Assembly (NCBI GenBank): GCA_038227875.1
Contig: JBBRPR010000046.1
Span: 8,261-72,260, forward strand
Origin: Planctomycetota bacterium
GTDB lineage: Bacteria > Planctomycetota > SZUA-567 > H5-PLA8
Direction of reading: 5' to 3'
Length of the DNA stretch: 64,000 nt
Under the pieces are notes generated by a model, which worked only from the letters and a program-made list of their open reading frames with translations, ran no database searches and was not told the DNA's origin. The position numbers and the translations under genes are program-made. How positions within the stretch are numbered: the first letter of the stretch is position 1; every line of letters begins with the position of its first letter. Shown here piece by piece: positions 49,726 to 59,141 of this stretch.

Positions 49726-51489
49726 CTATTTCTTCATATCCTGCTTTATCCCATCCAGCAGCGCGCGCATCTTCGCCTTCAATTCATCCTGCGAATTTTT
49801 CTGCGCGTCGATCTGCTTGTAGATCGCTTCAATATTCGCCTGCATTTCGAGTGCCTTTTCTTCCTTGGAAATCACCGAGAGCTTGATGTCCTGCGTGCGC
49901 GGATACGCCTTGACCATGCCGTCCCGGGTTTCGGCCTTTTCGCGCGGTTCGCCACCTTCGTCGGCGGGGCGATCCTTGACCCAGTCGTTGGCTTCACAAT
50001 CGTCGTCGGCTTCGAGCCAGATGATCAGCTGGTCGCCAACCTTGAGCGACAGCGAGCCGAGGTTGTCCCAGATGAACTTGGCGTGTTCGATATTCTTCCC
50101 CTGCGGGAAATTGGGGATCTCATAGCGCTTGACGTCCCCGCCCTTCTTGCTGTCCTTCTGATCTTCCGCCGAAATGACGCGGTACGCGATCCAGACCGTG
50201 CGCACGTTGAAGTCGTCACGCGCACTGAAGACCAGCACCGGCTTGCTCGCGGTTGTGATCGTCATGTCCTTCGACGGCTTTTCAAGATGGATCGACGGCG
50301 GGTAATCGGGCTTGGCTTCGATCGGGTACTCCACCGCCGGATCGCTGTTTTTCAAGCCGTCCGTGTCGGTCAGGTTGATGTGAAACGTGCAGCTTTTGTC
50401 GATCGCCATCTTCGCGCAGGTCCAGACCAGGCCCTCGGCGTCCTTCTTTTCCAGCGCGACGCTCTTGCCATCGGAGCGGTCCAACGACGCCTGGCGCAGC
50501 GCCTTGGTGCTGGTCAGCGTCACATCAGTGGTTGAACCGGTCAGCACCGTGACCGAGCCGAACTTGTCGCCGGGCGGGTCGGGCAGCTTGGTGTACGCGG
50601 GTAGATGATGCTGCATCGAGCTTTTATTGACGTCGACTTCCGGCCGCGCGATGACGCGCACGCGCTTGGCGTTTTCCTTGGCATCGCCGAGGAAAACCAC
50701 CGCGTCCACATCTTCAAGCACCTTCGACAGTGTCGCGGTGTAGGTGGCGCCGCCGGCGGGATTCAGGTCGACGGAGATCGAATTCTTTCCCGGCGGCGTG
50801 AACTGAACATGGCCGCTGTCCTTGGGGATTACGCTGTTTTCGTCCAGCGTGACCTGGATGGTGAAATCATCGCCGCGTGCCACGAACGGCGGCGTCTTGA
50901 TCTCGCGGATGCGCGTGCTCGTCGGGAAGTGCGCATCGGAACTGACCAGCCGCTTGCCCATCGCCGCAACGTAATCGGAATTCTTGTAGGCAAGGGCGGC
51001 ATTGATCAACACCACCACAACGGCGGCGATGACGATCTTGACCATCAGGTCCTTATTGATGATCTTGAAGAAGTCCATCGGCCGCGACATATCGCCGGTT
51101 TCAGTTTCGAGCGCCTGGATGAGTTCCGTCGATCCGACGTACTCGCCGCGCTTGCCCGCGCGCGCCAGCTGCAGCGTGGAAATCAGGCGGCCGCGCAGTT
51201 CCGGATTGCGCGCCTCCAGTCGCAGCGCGACCGTGTCGTCGTCCATCTCCTTGCGCATTTCTTTGATCAGAAACCGGTTGACGCAATATCCCACTGCTGA
51301 AATTGCCGCCGTCGCAAAGACCAGCCGCGCCGCGTAGGGCAGGTCGCAGATCCAATCCAGCAGGAAGTACGCGACCAGCGCACCGATCAGCACCAGCACG
51401 CTGCGGCAAACGCCCACGAAAACGACGACGCTCTTCTCTTTGCGTCGCACAGCGTCGATGCGATAAGTCAAATCTGAGAGTGTTGACAT
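49726..51489 (-). CDS. Membrane protein with Ig-like domains and coiled-coil end (DUF4175-like), MoxR operon
   Basis: Three N-terminal TM helices, 'PELRGRLISTLQL', 'PAYT', 'ARDDF', beta-rich repeats. Confidence 0.75.
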   Translation of the reverse strand: MSTLSDLTYRIDAVRRKEKSVVVFVGVCRSVLVLIGALVAYFLLDWICDLPYAARLVFATAAISAVGYCVNRFLIKEMRKEMDDDTVALRLEARNPELRGRLISTLQLARAGKRGEYVGSTELIQALETETGDMSRPMDFFKIINKDLMVKIVIAAVVVVLINAALAYKNSDYVAAMGKRLVSSDAHFPTSTRIREIKTPPFVARGDDFTIQVTLDENSVIPKDSGHVQFTPPGKNSISVDLNPAGGATYTATLSKVLEDVDAVVFLGDAKENAKRVRVIARPEVDVNKSSMQHHLPAYTKLPDPPGDKFGSVTVLTGSTTDVTLTSTKALRQASLDRSDGKSVALEKKDAEGLVWTCAKMAIDKSCTFHINLTDTDGLKNSDPAVEYPIEAKPDYPPSIHLEKPSKDMTITTASKPVLVFSARDDFNVRTVWIAYRVISAEDQKDSKKGGDVKRYEIPNFPQGKNIEHAKFIWDNLGSLSLKVGDQLIIWLEADDDCEANDWVKDRPADEGGEPREKAETRDGMVKAYPRTQDIKLSVISKEEKALEMQANIEAIYKQIDAQKNSQDELKAKMRALLDGIKQDMKK

Positions 51490-51506
51490 GGCATTGTCCT
51501 TCTGAC

Positions 51507-51617
51507 AGTTTTGAGTTTTGAGTTCTCAGTTTTTAGTTACTGCTAAAAACTTTAACTCATTCGCCCAAAACTCACTTCACTTCCACCTGCGCAACTAAAA
51601 ACTCAAAACTGAAAACT
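51507..51617. repeat. Inverted heptamer tandem repeats
   Basis: (AGTTTTG)n-like run 51507-51538 and complementary (CAAAACT)n-like run 51593-51617. Confidence 0.75.
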
Positions 51618-51621
51618 GCTC

Positions 51622-54150
51622 TTAAAGCAGGTCGCTCCGTTTGCGGCACAGCCACTCCCCACCCATCATCAGCGTGAACAGAATCAATAGCAACGGGGAA
51701 TCCCAGAGCGTTTTTTCCTTCCGTTCTTCCAGCGGCCGCTGCGACTGCTGGATGTCCTTGAGCAGATCGCCAGTCTGGTCGGCGAAGTACATGTGCGCCT
51801 TGGACGTGCTGTCACCGCGCACGCTGGATCGCGCGATGTTGTCCAGCACTTCCTTCTTCATGTCCGGCGAATCCATTTCGACCTGCGGGATCGTGACCAC
51901 GAAGTCCGCGTGCGCCTGCTGATCGTCGTCTTCGTCTTTCAGCGTCACGCGGAACTTGCCGTCGACTTTGCATGGCGGCGTCGGCGCGCGGAAATTGCCC
52001 TTCTGTCCGGGCACCGGCGTCAGGTCGACTTTGTACTGATTGCTTTCGTTGTTCAAATCCGTGACCAGCGCTGTAACGTGATCGGCCGTCGTTTCGTTCA
52101 GATCCTTCTTCGTCAACACGCGCGCGTCGATCTTCACCGAATCGCCGATCGCGTATTCTTCCTTGTCGGTGCTGATTTCAATGCGCGCCGTGCGGCCCAG
52201 CAACTTATCCAGCCCCAGGTACTGAACGACGTGGCCGTGGAAGCGTTCCAGCGCATCAGGTCCCAGTTCGATCGGATAGCGCATGCGCCAGAGGTCCGCG
52301 AACGCCTGGTAGAGCACCTTGCCGCGTCCGTTGCGGGCCAGCACCATCAGCGGCGTCTCTTCGCCGCGCTTGGTCACGACCGGCGCATGTTCGCCGGCAA
52401 AGGTCAGCAGCGGAATGGCGCCCAATTTCGCGCGCGTTGCCTTGTGGCACCAGTACATCGGCGGCATCAGTTCCCACAGATTGCGGCTCTGTTCTTCGGT
52501 GCTGGCGCCCGTGCCTTCGGCCATCGCACTTTCCAGACGCAAAATCGGATTGGTCTTGCCGTCGGGCGTCAGGATCGCGCGGAAGGAATCGACCAGCGGC
52601 GCGCGCTCTTCGTCTTCCACCGTGATTTCCGGATTGCGATCGAATTCGACCGGCAGCAGGCCTTCCAGCTTCGATTCCTTGTACTGGTCGGGGAAGTTGT
52701 TCTTGCCGGCGATGAACCAGATGCCGCCGCCTTCTTCGACCACGAACTTGCGGACGTTTTCCAGATCCTTCTCGGTGAAGAATCCGTCGTTGGGCATGTT
52801 GCCGAAAATGATCACGTGGAATTTGAAGAGCTCCTCGCGGGTCGGGAATTCCTTGAGGAAGATGGGGCTCTGCTTGGCCAGTTCGGCCATGTCCGGCACG
52901 CGCAGCAGAATCTTGCAGTTTACGCGCTTGTCGCGCAGCAGCGAATTCTTGAGGTAGCGGAATTCCCAGCGCGGTTCGGATTCGATCACCAGCACGTTGA
53001 ACTTCTGGTCGATCACTTCCACTTCGCGCGACTTGCTGTTGTTCGACGGTTCGCTGTCGTGAAGGTCCGGGTTGGCCAGCTTGATCTCCACCTTATAGGT
53101 GAAGCGGCCGGGCTTCTTGGCCTTCACGCGCACGATCTCGGTCTGTTCGCCACTCTCGCGCAACGTCACCGGCTGGCGCGCCAGCTCTTCGGTGTCGCTG
53201 CTGACGATCAGGTTGGCCTGCTCGCCGTTGAAGCCGTGCTGATGGACGATGACTTCGATGCGCACCGGATCGTCGACGAAGATCTTGCTTTCCATCATCA
53301 TGTACGTCAGCGCCACGTCCTGCGATTCAGGCACGCCGATGCCGATCGGGAAGATGCGCGCCGGCGAATCCTGCGCGACGACAGTCGGCTCTTCGCCCTT
53401 GTTGTTGCCGCCGTCGGTGATCAGCACGATGCCGGAAAGCGGCTGGCCCTTCACACGGTCGATCGTGCGGCGCAGTGCGCCGCCGATTTCCGTGACCATG
53501 CCGTCGGGCTTGACGGAGTCGATTGCATTGGCGTCGAGCTTCTTGCCTTCGGAGCCCACAGCCGCCATTTCGTCCGCGCGCGCGAAGTTCCACATCTCCA
53601 CGTCGTACTGGCTCTGCAGCTTGTCGATCAGCGCGATGTCCTTGCTCTTGAACAAGGATGTCGTCACGTCCCAGCGCGTCGACTTCGCCACCGCCGCTTC
53701 CGCCGCGGAGCTCAGCGACTTGGCGTCATTGCTGCTCATCGGCACTTCGCCCAGCACGTGCGCGGGAACGAGCCGGTCTTCAGGGCGTGAATACGTATCG
53801 GTGCGCGACATCGATTTCGAATTGTCGACCAGGATCACCACTTTGCCTTTGACGTAACTGCGCAGCATGATGTCGAGCACGGGATTGGAAATGATGAACA
53901 GCAGAATCCACACGCCCATCAAGCGCAGCCCGGCCATGATCTTGCGCCGGCGGTTGGTGCAGTATTCCGGCTCGCGCTTGTAGAACCACCAGATCCCATA
54001 CGCCGCCGCGCCGCCAGCCATCACAAACAGCAACTTCTGAAACGGCGTGCTGGCGTTCGCAAAACGGATATGCAAACTGCCAATCTCCGCGTTCTGCGTC
54101 GGTCCCATTCCCAATAGTCTAAGCAGCAAATTCAGCATTACTTTTTCCAC
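51622..54150 (-). CDS. vWA domain and class-I GATase-like domain membrane protein
   Basis: MIDAS 'DNSKSM', 'LITDG', 'EPRWEFRYL', 'FVVEEGGG', C-terminal 'LWD...EWLCRKR'. Confidence 0.85.
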   Translation of the reverse strand: MEKVMLNLLLRLLGMGPTQNAEIGSLHIRFANASTPFQKLLFVMAGGAAAYGIWWFYKREPEYCTNRRRKIMAGLRLMGVWILLFIISNPVLDIMLRSYVKGKVVILVDNSKSMSRTDTYSRPEDRLVPAHVLGEVPMSSNDAKSLSSAAEAAVAKSTRWDVTTSLFKSKDIALIDKLQSQYDVEMWNFARADEMAAVGSEGKKLDANAIDSVKPDGMVTEIGGALRRTIDRVKGQPLSGIVLITDGGNNKGEEPTVVAQDSPARIFPIGIGVPESQDVALTYMMMESKIFVDDPVRIEVIVHQHGFNGEQANLIVSSDTEELARQPVTLRESGEQTEIVRVKAKKPGRFTYKVEIKLANPDLHDSEPSNNSKSREVEVIDQKFNVLVIESEPRWEFRYLKNSLLRDKRVNCKILLRVPDMAELAKQSPIFLKEFPTREELFKFHVIIFGNMPNDGFFTEKDLENVRKFVVEEGGGIWFIAGKNNFPDQYKESKLEGLLPVEFDRNPEITVEDEERAPLVDSFRAILTPDGKTNPILRLESAMAEGTGASTEEQSRNLWELMPPMYWCHKATRAKLGAIPLLTFAGEHAPVVTKRGEETPLMVLARNGRGKVLYQAFADLWRMRYPIELGPDALERFHGHVVQYLGLDKLLGRTARIEISTDKEEYAIGDSVKIDARVLTKKDLNETTADHVTALVTDLNNESNQYKVDLTPVPGQKGNFRAPTPPCKVDGKFRVTLKDEDDDQQAHADFVVTIPQVEMDSPDMKKEVLDNIARSSVRGDSTSKAHMYFADQTGDLLKDIQQSQRPLEERKEKTLWDSPLLLILFTLMMGGEWLCRKRSDLL

Positions 54151-54202
54151 TAATCCAAGCGAACCACTCTCTACATCCCTGTACTACACTCAGTCCTCAG
54201 TC

Positions 54203-56413
54203 CTACATCTTGGGCGACCACCGGTGCGCCAGCACCGACTCTGCGGCCAGCAGCGCGAAAACCAGGAACATCAGCCACGGCCACAGTTCTGTGCCGTGCC
54301 GTTCGCTCTGCATCTTGTTCTGAAAATCTTCGGCCTTCTGAATGTACGTGAACGCGAAGTCCGGGTAATCCGTGTGCAGCGTCTCCTGCGTCACGAACGA
54401 GAGATTCGATTCCTGTTCCGTGTTGGCGTTCAAGGCGTAGGTCAGCGTGACTTTGGGTACGCGGTCGAGGACCACGTCGTAGAAGCCCGCCTTGTCGGTC
54501 TCGTGGAAGTCGAACGCGGCGCGGCCGTCGGGTGTCATTTCCGGGCGCGTTTCACGGCGCTGGCCAGGCGGCGGCGGAATGATGCGCACGATCGCCGTCT
54601 GGTCGGCCATCGGCAGCGTGCCGTGAATCGTCGCGGTCACGGGCAGATTCTTCGGCTGCCGGTTGCCCAGCGTCAGCATGTTCGACGTGCGCAGCATGAT
54701 GATCGCGAACGCCGGCTGCGTCGGCAGATTGGTCCACGCCGTCGTCGCCGGGAACGCAAAGAGGAAGACGAAGCCCTGGCCGATGCGTTTCTCGATGATC
54801 GCCGGCTTGCCGTTGGCCAGAGAGGCCACGACGCGAACGCTATCGTCCTTGGCAACTTCCAGATCGTAGCCCTTGTACACCTTGATATCGTTGAGGAACT
54901 GCGCGCCGAAATCCGGGTTGTTGAATTCCGTCATCACCGGGTGCGACAGCTTTTCCGTCGAGAACGGCACCGACGGCGGCAACTTCGCGTCGCCCACGGC
55001 CGGCGCTTCGCCCCACGTCGCCTTGATCGTCGCCGGCAGCAGTTTCAATCCCGCGTCGCCGAAGTTCGTGTTGTAATCTTCAACGTCGATCTGATCGCCG
55101 AGGAAAATCATCAGGCCCATGCCCGCACGTACCTGCTTTTCGATGCGCTGCACGCCGGCCTTCGGAATCCGCGCCACATTGGAAAGCACCATCGCCTGGT
55201 AGTTGAGCAGATTCTTTTCGTTGAGGCGGTAGTGCGGCACCGATTCGGTCGTGATCACGTTCTGCTTGTCCGGATTTTCCGGATCCTTCGGCGAGAGCAC
55301 ATACTTCAGGTAGCCGGTTTCGTTGGAGAGCGGATCTTCCGCGCGCTGGTCCTTGCCGTCCACGAGCAGAATCTGCGCTTCCTGCACCACTTCAATTGAA
55401 CAGAAGCGGCGGTTGTCGGCCATCAGGCGGTCATCGGCCAGGCGCACTTCGATCTTGTGATCTCCGCCGGTCGAGAATTTCGTTTCGAAATGAACGCTGC
55501 TGACTTCGCCCGCCGGCAGGTTCACGGTTTGGCGGTCGAAAGGCTTGTCGTCTTTGCCCGTCGGATCGACGTAAAAATCCACCGGCAGCGCCGAGAGTTC
55601 CGTCTGTCCGAAGTTCTTGATCTTGGCCACGAAGCGCGAGGGCATGTCGGTCGCCACCAGCGTGTCTTCGGGCGTCAGTTCGATCACCGCCGCGTTCTCG
55701 CCGCCGCCGTCGCCGGCGTTGATCAGGTAAACGGCCGCATTGTCGCTCAGCCGCTTGAGCTGCGCTTTGAAATCGGTGGAGACGAACTTCGGATCCCACG
55801 CGCGCGACTGCATGTCAGTGATGATGTACAGTTCGCGCCGCGACGAGACGTATTCGGGATGCGTGTCGAACACCTTCTGCGCGCGCTGCAGCGCCTTTTC
55901 CAGGTTTGTGCCGCCGTCGGAAAGCTGCACCGACTGCTGCATCTCCTGTTCGAGATACGCCATGTTGTTCGACGGATCGCCCAGCGGCGCGCGCACGTCG
56001 TCATTAAACGTAAAGAGCGCGCACCAGCTTCCGGAATCCAATTGCGCCAGCACGTTGCGGGCAAGCTTCTTGCCCAGTTCGAAGCGTGTTTCCTGGCCGT
56101 TGGTGTAGGCCATCGACATGGAATTATCGAGCAGGATGATGGCCGCCGTCCGGCTGCCGCCACCGGGGATGCCCCGCGCACTGATCGCCGGCCGCGCCAG
56201 CGCCAGAGCCAGGAAGACCACCGCCAGCGTGCGGATGACCATCATGATGATGTCGCGCAACTGTAGCCGGCGCGCGTTTTTCTGGATCGCTTGGAGCAGG
56301 AATTCCATCGCCGCCCACTGAATCGGCGTGAACCGCCGCTTGTTCAGCAGATGGATCAGGATCGGCACAGATCCCAGCGCAGTGCCATAAAGAAGGAGAG
56401 TATTTAAAAACAT
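54203..56413 (-). CDS. BatA N-terminal domain / vWA / Ig-like membrane protein
   Basis: 'VPILIHLLNKRR...WAAMEFL...LALARP' BatA motif, MIDAS 'DNSMSM', 'ITDMQ', C-terminal TM 'ELWPWL'. Confidence 0.88.
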   Translation of the reverse strand: MFLNTLLLYGTALGSVPILIHLLNKRRFTPIQWAAMEFLLQAIQKNARRLQLRDIIMMVIRTLAVVFLALALARPAISARGIPGGGSRTAAIILLDNSMSMAYTNGQETRFELGKKLARNVLAQLDSGSWCALFTFNDDVRAPLGDPSNNMAYLEQEMQQSVQLSDGGTNLEKALQRAQKVFDTHPEYVSSRRELYIITDMQSRAWDPKFVSTDFKAQLKRLSDNAAVYLINAGDGGGENAAVIELTPEDTLVATDMPSRFVAKIKNFGQTELSALPVDFYVDPTGKDDKPFDRQTVNLPAGEVSSVHFETKFSTGGDHKIEVRLADDRLMADNRRFCSIEVVQEAQILLVDGKDQRAEDPLSNETGYLKYVLSPKDPENPDKQNVITTESVPHYRLNEKNLLNYQAMVLSNVARIPKAGVQRIEKQVRAGMGLMIFLGDQIDVEDYNTNFGDAGLKLLPATIKATWGEAPAVGDAKLPPSVPFSTEKLSHPVMTEFNNPDFGAQFLNDIKVYKGYDLEVAKDDSVRVVASLANGKPAIIEKRIGQGFVFLFAFPATTAWTNLPTQPAFAIIMLRTSNMLTLGNRQPKNLPVTATIHGTLPMADQTAIVRIIPPPPGQRRETRPEMTPDGRAAFDFHETDKAGFYDVVLDRVPKVTLTYALNANTEQESNLSFVTQETLHTDYPDFAFTYIQKAEDFQNKMQSERHGTELWPWLMFLVFALLAAESVLAHRWSPKM

Positions 56414-56464
56414 GCGTCCGTTTCAGTCCCTGCCCTAATCTGTCCGTTAGAACCCGATTCTAAA

Positions 56465-56605
56465 TCTCACGCAAAGCCGCAAAGACGCAAAGAACAGCTT
56501 TTTTGAGTCTTCACAAAAATGCCGAGCCTCACTCCCACCTCATGCACAATCGATCAACTCCCATCCGTACTTTTCGTTCGTGCCGTTCTTTGCGTCTTTG
56601 CGAGA
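56465..56605. repeat. Intergenic inverted repeat built from CGCAAAGA octamers
   Basis: CGCAAAGACGCAAAGAAC (56478-56495) is perfectly complementary to GTTCTTTGCGTCTTTGCG (56585-56602). Confidence 0.75.
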
Positions 56606-56611
56606 GATAAA

Positions 56612-57544
56612 TTAACGCGAGATCCTGCGCAGCGCGCGGCTGTGCAGGAAGGTTTGCAGTGCGATCTCCAAGGGTTGCGCCGTGTTGATCAGCGCGTAGT
56701 CGACGTTGTTGCGTTCGCAGGCCGTCTTGACCGCGAGAATGTGTTTGTTCAGCGCTTCGAGGTACTCCTTGCGCAGCATGCGCGGCTGGCAGAGGATCGG
56801 GTCGTAGCCTTCCAGTCCTTCGAATTTCACCTGGCCGTCGAACGGGAAATCCAGTTCGTACGGATCCATGATGTGAAAGACGATGATCTCGTGGCGCGCG
56901 AAACGGAGGTGGTTCAGGCCGTCGAGAATCTTTTTGGGCGTGTCGAGCAGATCGCTGACCAGCACCACGATGCCGCGCCGCTTAATGCGGTCGGAAAACT
57001 GATGCATGATGTCGGCGACATCGGTTTTCTTCATCGGCTTGACGGCTTCCAGTTCGCGGCAGATGCGATTGATGTGCGCGCGCGACTGCTTGGGCTCGAT
57101 GAACGTCTGCAGGCCTTCGTTGAACATCGCCACGCCCACGCTGTCGGTCTGGGAGACAATGAGGTACGAAAGCGCCGCCGTGAGGTAATTGGCGTACTCC
57201 AGCTTCGGACACGCGGCCTTGGGCGACCCGTAAAGCATCGATTCGCTGGAGTCGTGAAGAATGTGGGCAACGTAGTTGGTTTCAACTTCGTACTGCTTGA
57301 TGAAGTACTTCCCGGCCTTGGCGTAGATCTTCCAGTCGAGATGGCGCGGGTCGTCGCCGATCGTGTATTCGCGATGCTGCGCGAATTCGACGGAAAACCC
57401 GTGGTAGGGCGAGCGATGCTGACCGGCCATGTAGCCTTCGACGACCTGCTGCGCCGCCAGCTCCAGTTTATCGACCCGGTTGAAGACCTTTGGATCGATG
57501 TACTTGGACAGCACCGCCGATTTTTTTTCCGACATCAACGCCAT
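56612..57544 (-). CDS. DUF58 domain protein
   Basis: 'GQHRSPYHGFSVEFAQHREY..GDDPRHLDWK', 'DSSESM', 'VSDL'. Confidence 0.92.
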   Translation of the reverse strand: MALMSEKKSAVLSKYIDPKVFNRVDKLELAAQQVVEGYMAGQHRSPYHGFSVEFAQHREYTIGDDPRHLDWKIYAKAGKYFIKQYEVETNYVAHILHDSSESMLYGSPKAACPKLEYANYLTAALSYLIVSQTDSVGVAMFNEGLQTFIEPKQSRAHINRICRELEAVKPMKKTDVADIMHQFSDRIKRRGIVVLVSDLLDTPKKILDGLNHLRFARHEIIVFHIMDPYELDFPFDGQVKFEGLEGYDPILCQPRMLRKEYLEALNKHILAVKTACERNNVDYALINTAQPLEIALQTFLHSRALRRISR

Positions 57545-57576
57545 GGAAACCTCGTGGATCGAGCGTTCCGATCAAC

Positions 57577-57692
57577 CGTGGTCCGGGCGTCCCGCCCGGT
57601 CTTCTTGAAATGGAGGAGCGAACTTCACGCCACACGTCTCTTGCAACTGCTCGCCGAATCCGTCGCTGACCGGGCGGGACGCCCGGACCACG
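57577..57692. repeat. REP-like 25-bp perfect inverted repeat pair
   Basis: CGTGGTCCGGGCGTCCCGCCCGGTC (57577-57601) / GACCGGGCGGGACGCCCGGACCACG (57668-57692); each unit is itself a hairpin. Confidence 0.8.
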
Positions 57693-57694
57693 AA

Positions 57695-58888
57695 CTAGTT
57701 CGCGGCGGCTGACGACGACAGCTTCTCGGTCTTGGGGATGTGCTGGAGCAGCTTCTCGATCACCTTGTCGGTGGTGATGCCTTCGGCCTGGGCCGTGAAG
57801 TTACAGGCAATGCGGTGACGCATCACCGACGGCGCGACCGCGGCGATGTCTTCGCACGAGACATGGAACTGTCCGTTGAGGATCGCGCGCGACTTTCCGG
57901 CGAGAATCAAATTCAAGCTCGCGCGCGGACCGGCGCCCCAGCTGATCCAGTTCTTGATGAAGTCCGGCGCTTCGCCGCCGTTAGGGCGCGTCGAGCGCAC
58001 GATCTTCTTCGCGTACTGGTAGACGTGTTCGGCCACCGGGCAGCGCAGCACGATCTCCTGCAGCTTCATGATCTGCTCGCCGGTGATCACCGGCTTGATC
58101 TGCACCTTCGACGGCGTGGTCACGCGCTTCATGATCTCCAGTTCTTCGTCGTCGGTCGGATAGTCGACGAAGATCTTGAAGATAAAGCGGTCCAACTGCG
58201 CTTCGGGGAGCGGGTAGGTACCTTCTTGTTCCAGCGGATTCTGCGTGGCGAGCACGAAGAACGGCGGGGTCAGCTTGTGCTGATTGCCGCCAACGGTCAC
58301 CGATTTTTCCTGCATCGCTTCCAGCAGCGCGGCCTGCGTCTTGGGCGGAGTTCGATTGATTTCGTCGGCCAGACAAATGTTACAGAACAGCGGCCCCTTG
58401 ATGAAGCGGAAGACGCGTTCGCCGGTGGATTTGTCATCCTGGATCACTTCCGTGCCGGTGATGTCGCTGGGCATCAAGTCGGGCGTGAACTGCACGCGTT
58501 TGAAGGACAGGTCCAGACACTTGGCCAGCGACGCGATCAACAGCGTTTTGGCCAGTCCGGGAACACCTTCCAGCAGCACGTGGCCCTTGGCGAAGATCGC
58601 GATCAGAATTTCTTCGACGACCTTGTCCTGTCCGACGATCACCAGCGCAATTTCGTTCTTCAGCGCTTCGTAGGCGTCCTTGAGCGCCTTGACCGCTTCC
58701 ATGTCGCCCATCGGCGCCTCTTCATGCGTCGATCCGGCGTCTTCGGCCGCGCTGCTCGCCTTAGAAGGGGCAGCATCGCCCTTCCCCGGCCCGCGAAGGA
58801 TCGCGCCGCATTTGCATTTCACTTTGCCGTACTGGGCTTCCTGTAAGTTGAAGCTGCGGCCACATTCTTCGCATTTGATGATCGGCAT
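57695..58888 (-). CDS. moxR: MoxR family AAA+ ATPase with N-terminal zinc ribbon
   Basis: '[11 protein letters not shown]', '[12 protein letters not shown]', '[22 protein letters not shown]', 'LPEAQLDRF'; N-terminal CEEC...CKC. Confidence 0.93.
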   Translation of the reverse strand: MPIIKCEECGRSFNLQEAQYGKVKCKCGAILRGPGKGDAAPSKASSAAEDAGSTHEEAPMGDMEAVKALKDAYEALKNEIALVIVGQDKVVEEILIAIFAKGHVLLEGVPGLAKTLLIASLAKCLDLSFKRVQFTPDLMPSDITGTEVIQDDKSTGERVFRFIKGPLFCNICLADEINRTPPKTQAALLEAMQEKSVTVGGNQHKLTPPFFVLATQNPLEQEGTYPLPEAQLDRFIFKIFVDYPTDDEELEIMKRVTTPSKVQIKPVITGEQIMKLQEIVLRCPVAEHVYQYAKKIVRSTRPNGGEAPDFIKNWISWGAGPRASLNLILAGKSRAILNGQFHVSCEDIAAVAPSVMRHRIACNFTAQAEGITTDKVIEKLLQHIPKTEKLSSSAAAN

Positions 58889-59141
58889 GGTCACCCTTTC
58901 CCATCTTTTCGTAAGCAAATCAACGGTTTGTCATGGACTCGCTTCTGATTACACCATTCGAAGTAAAACAACCAATACATCTTTATCGAAAATACGGAAA
59001 TTGCAGCGTCCACGCGGTTTAGGTCAGCTCCAACCCACGAAAAACCAATCGCAAGTACCACAGGTGGTACACCCGTCGGTGTCAAAAAGACCACACTGAA
59101 ACATCTTGACCGATTTGCTCTATTCCTCCACCATAAATGTC

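Noticed and set aside
51793..55399. Long plus-strand ORFs (665 aa, 450 aa)
   Set aside because: Antisense to well-supported vWA/BatA genes.
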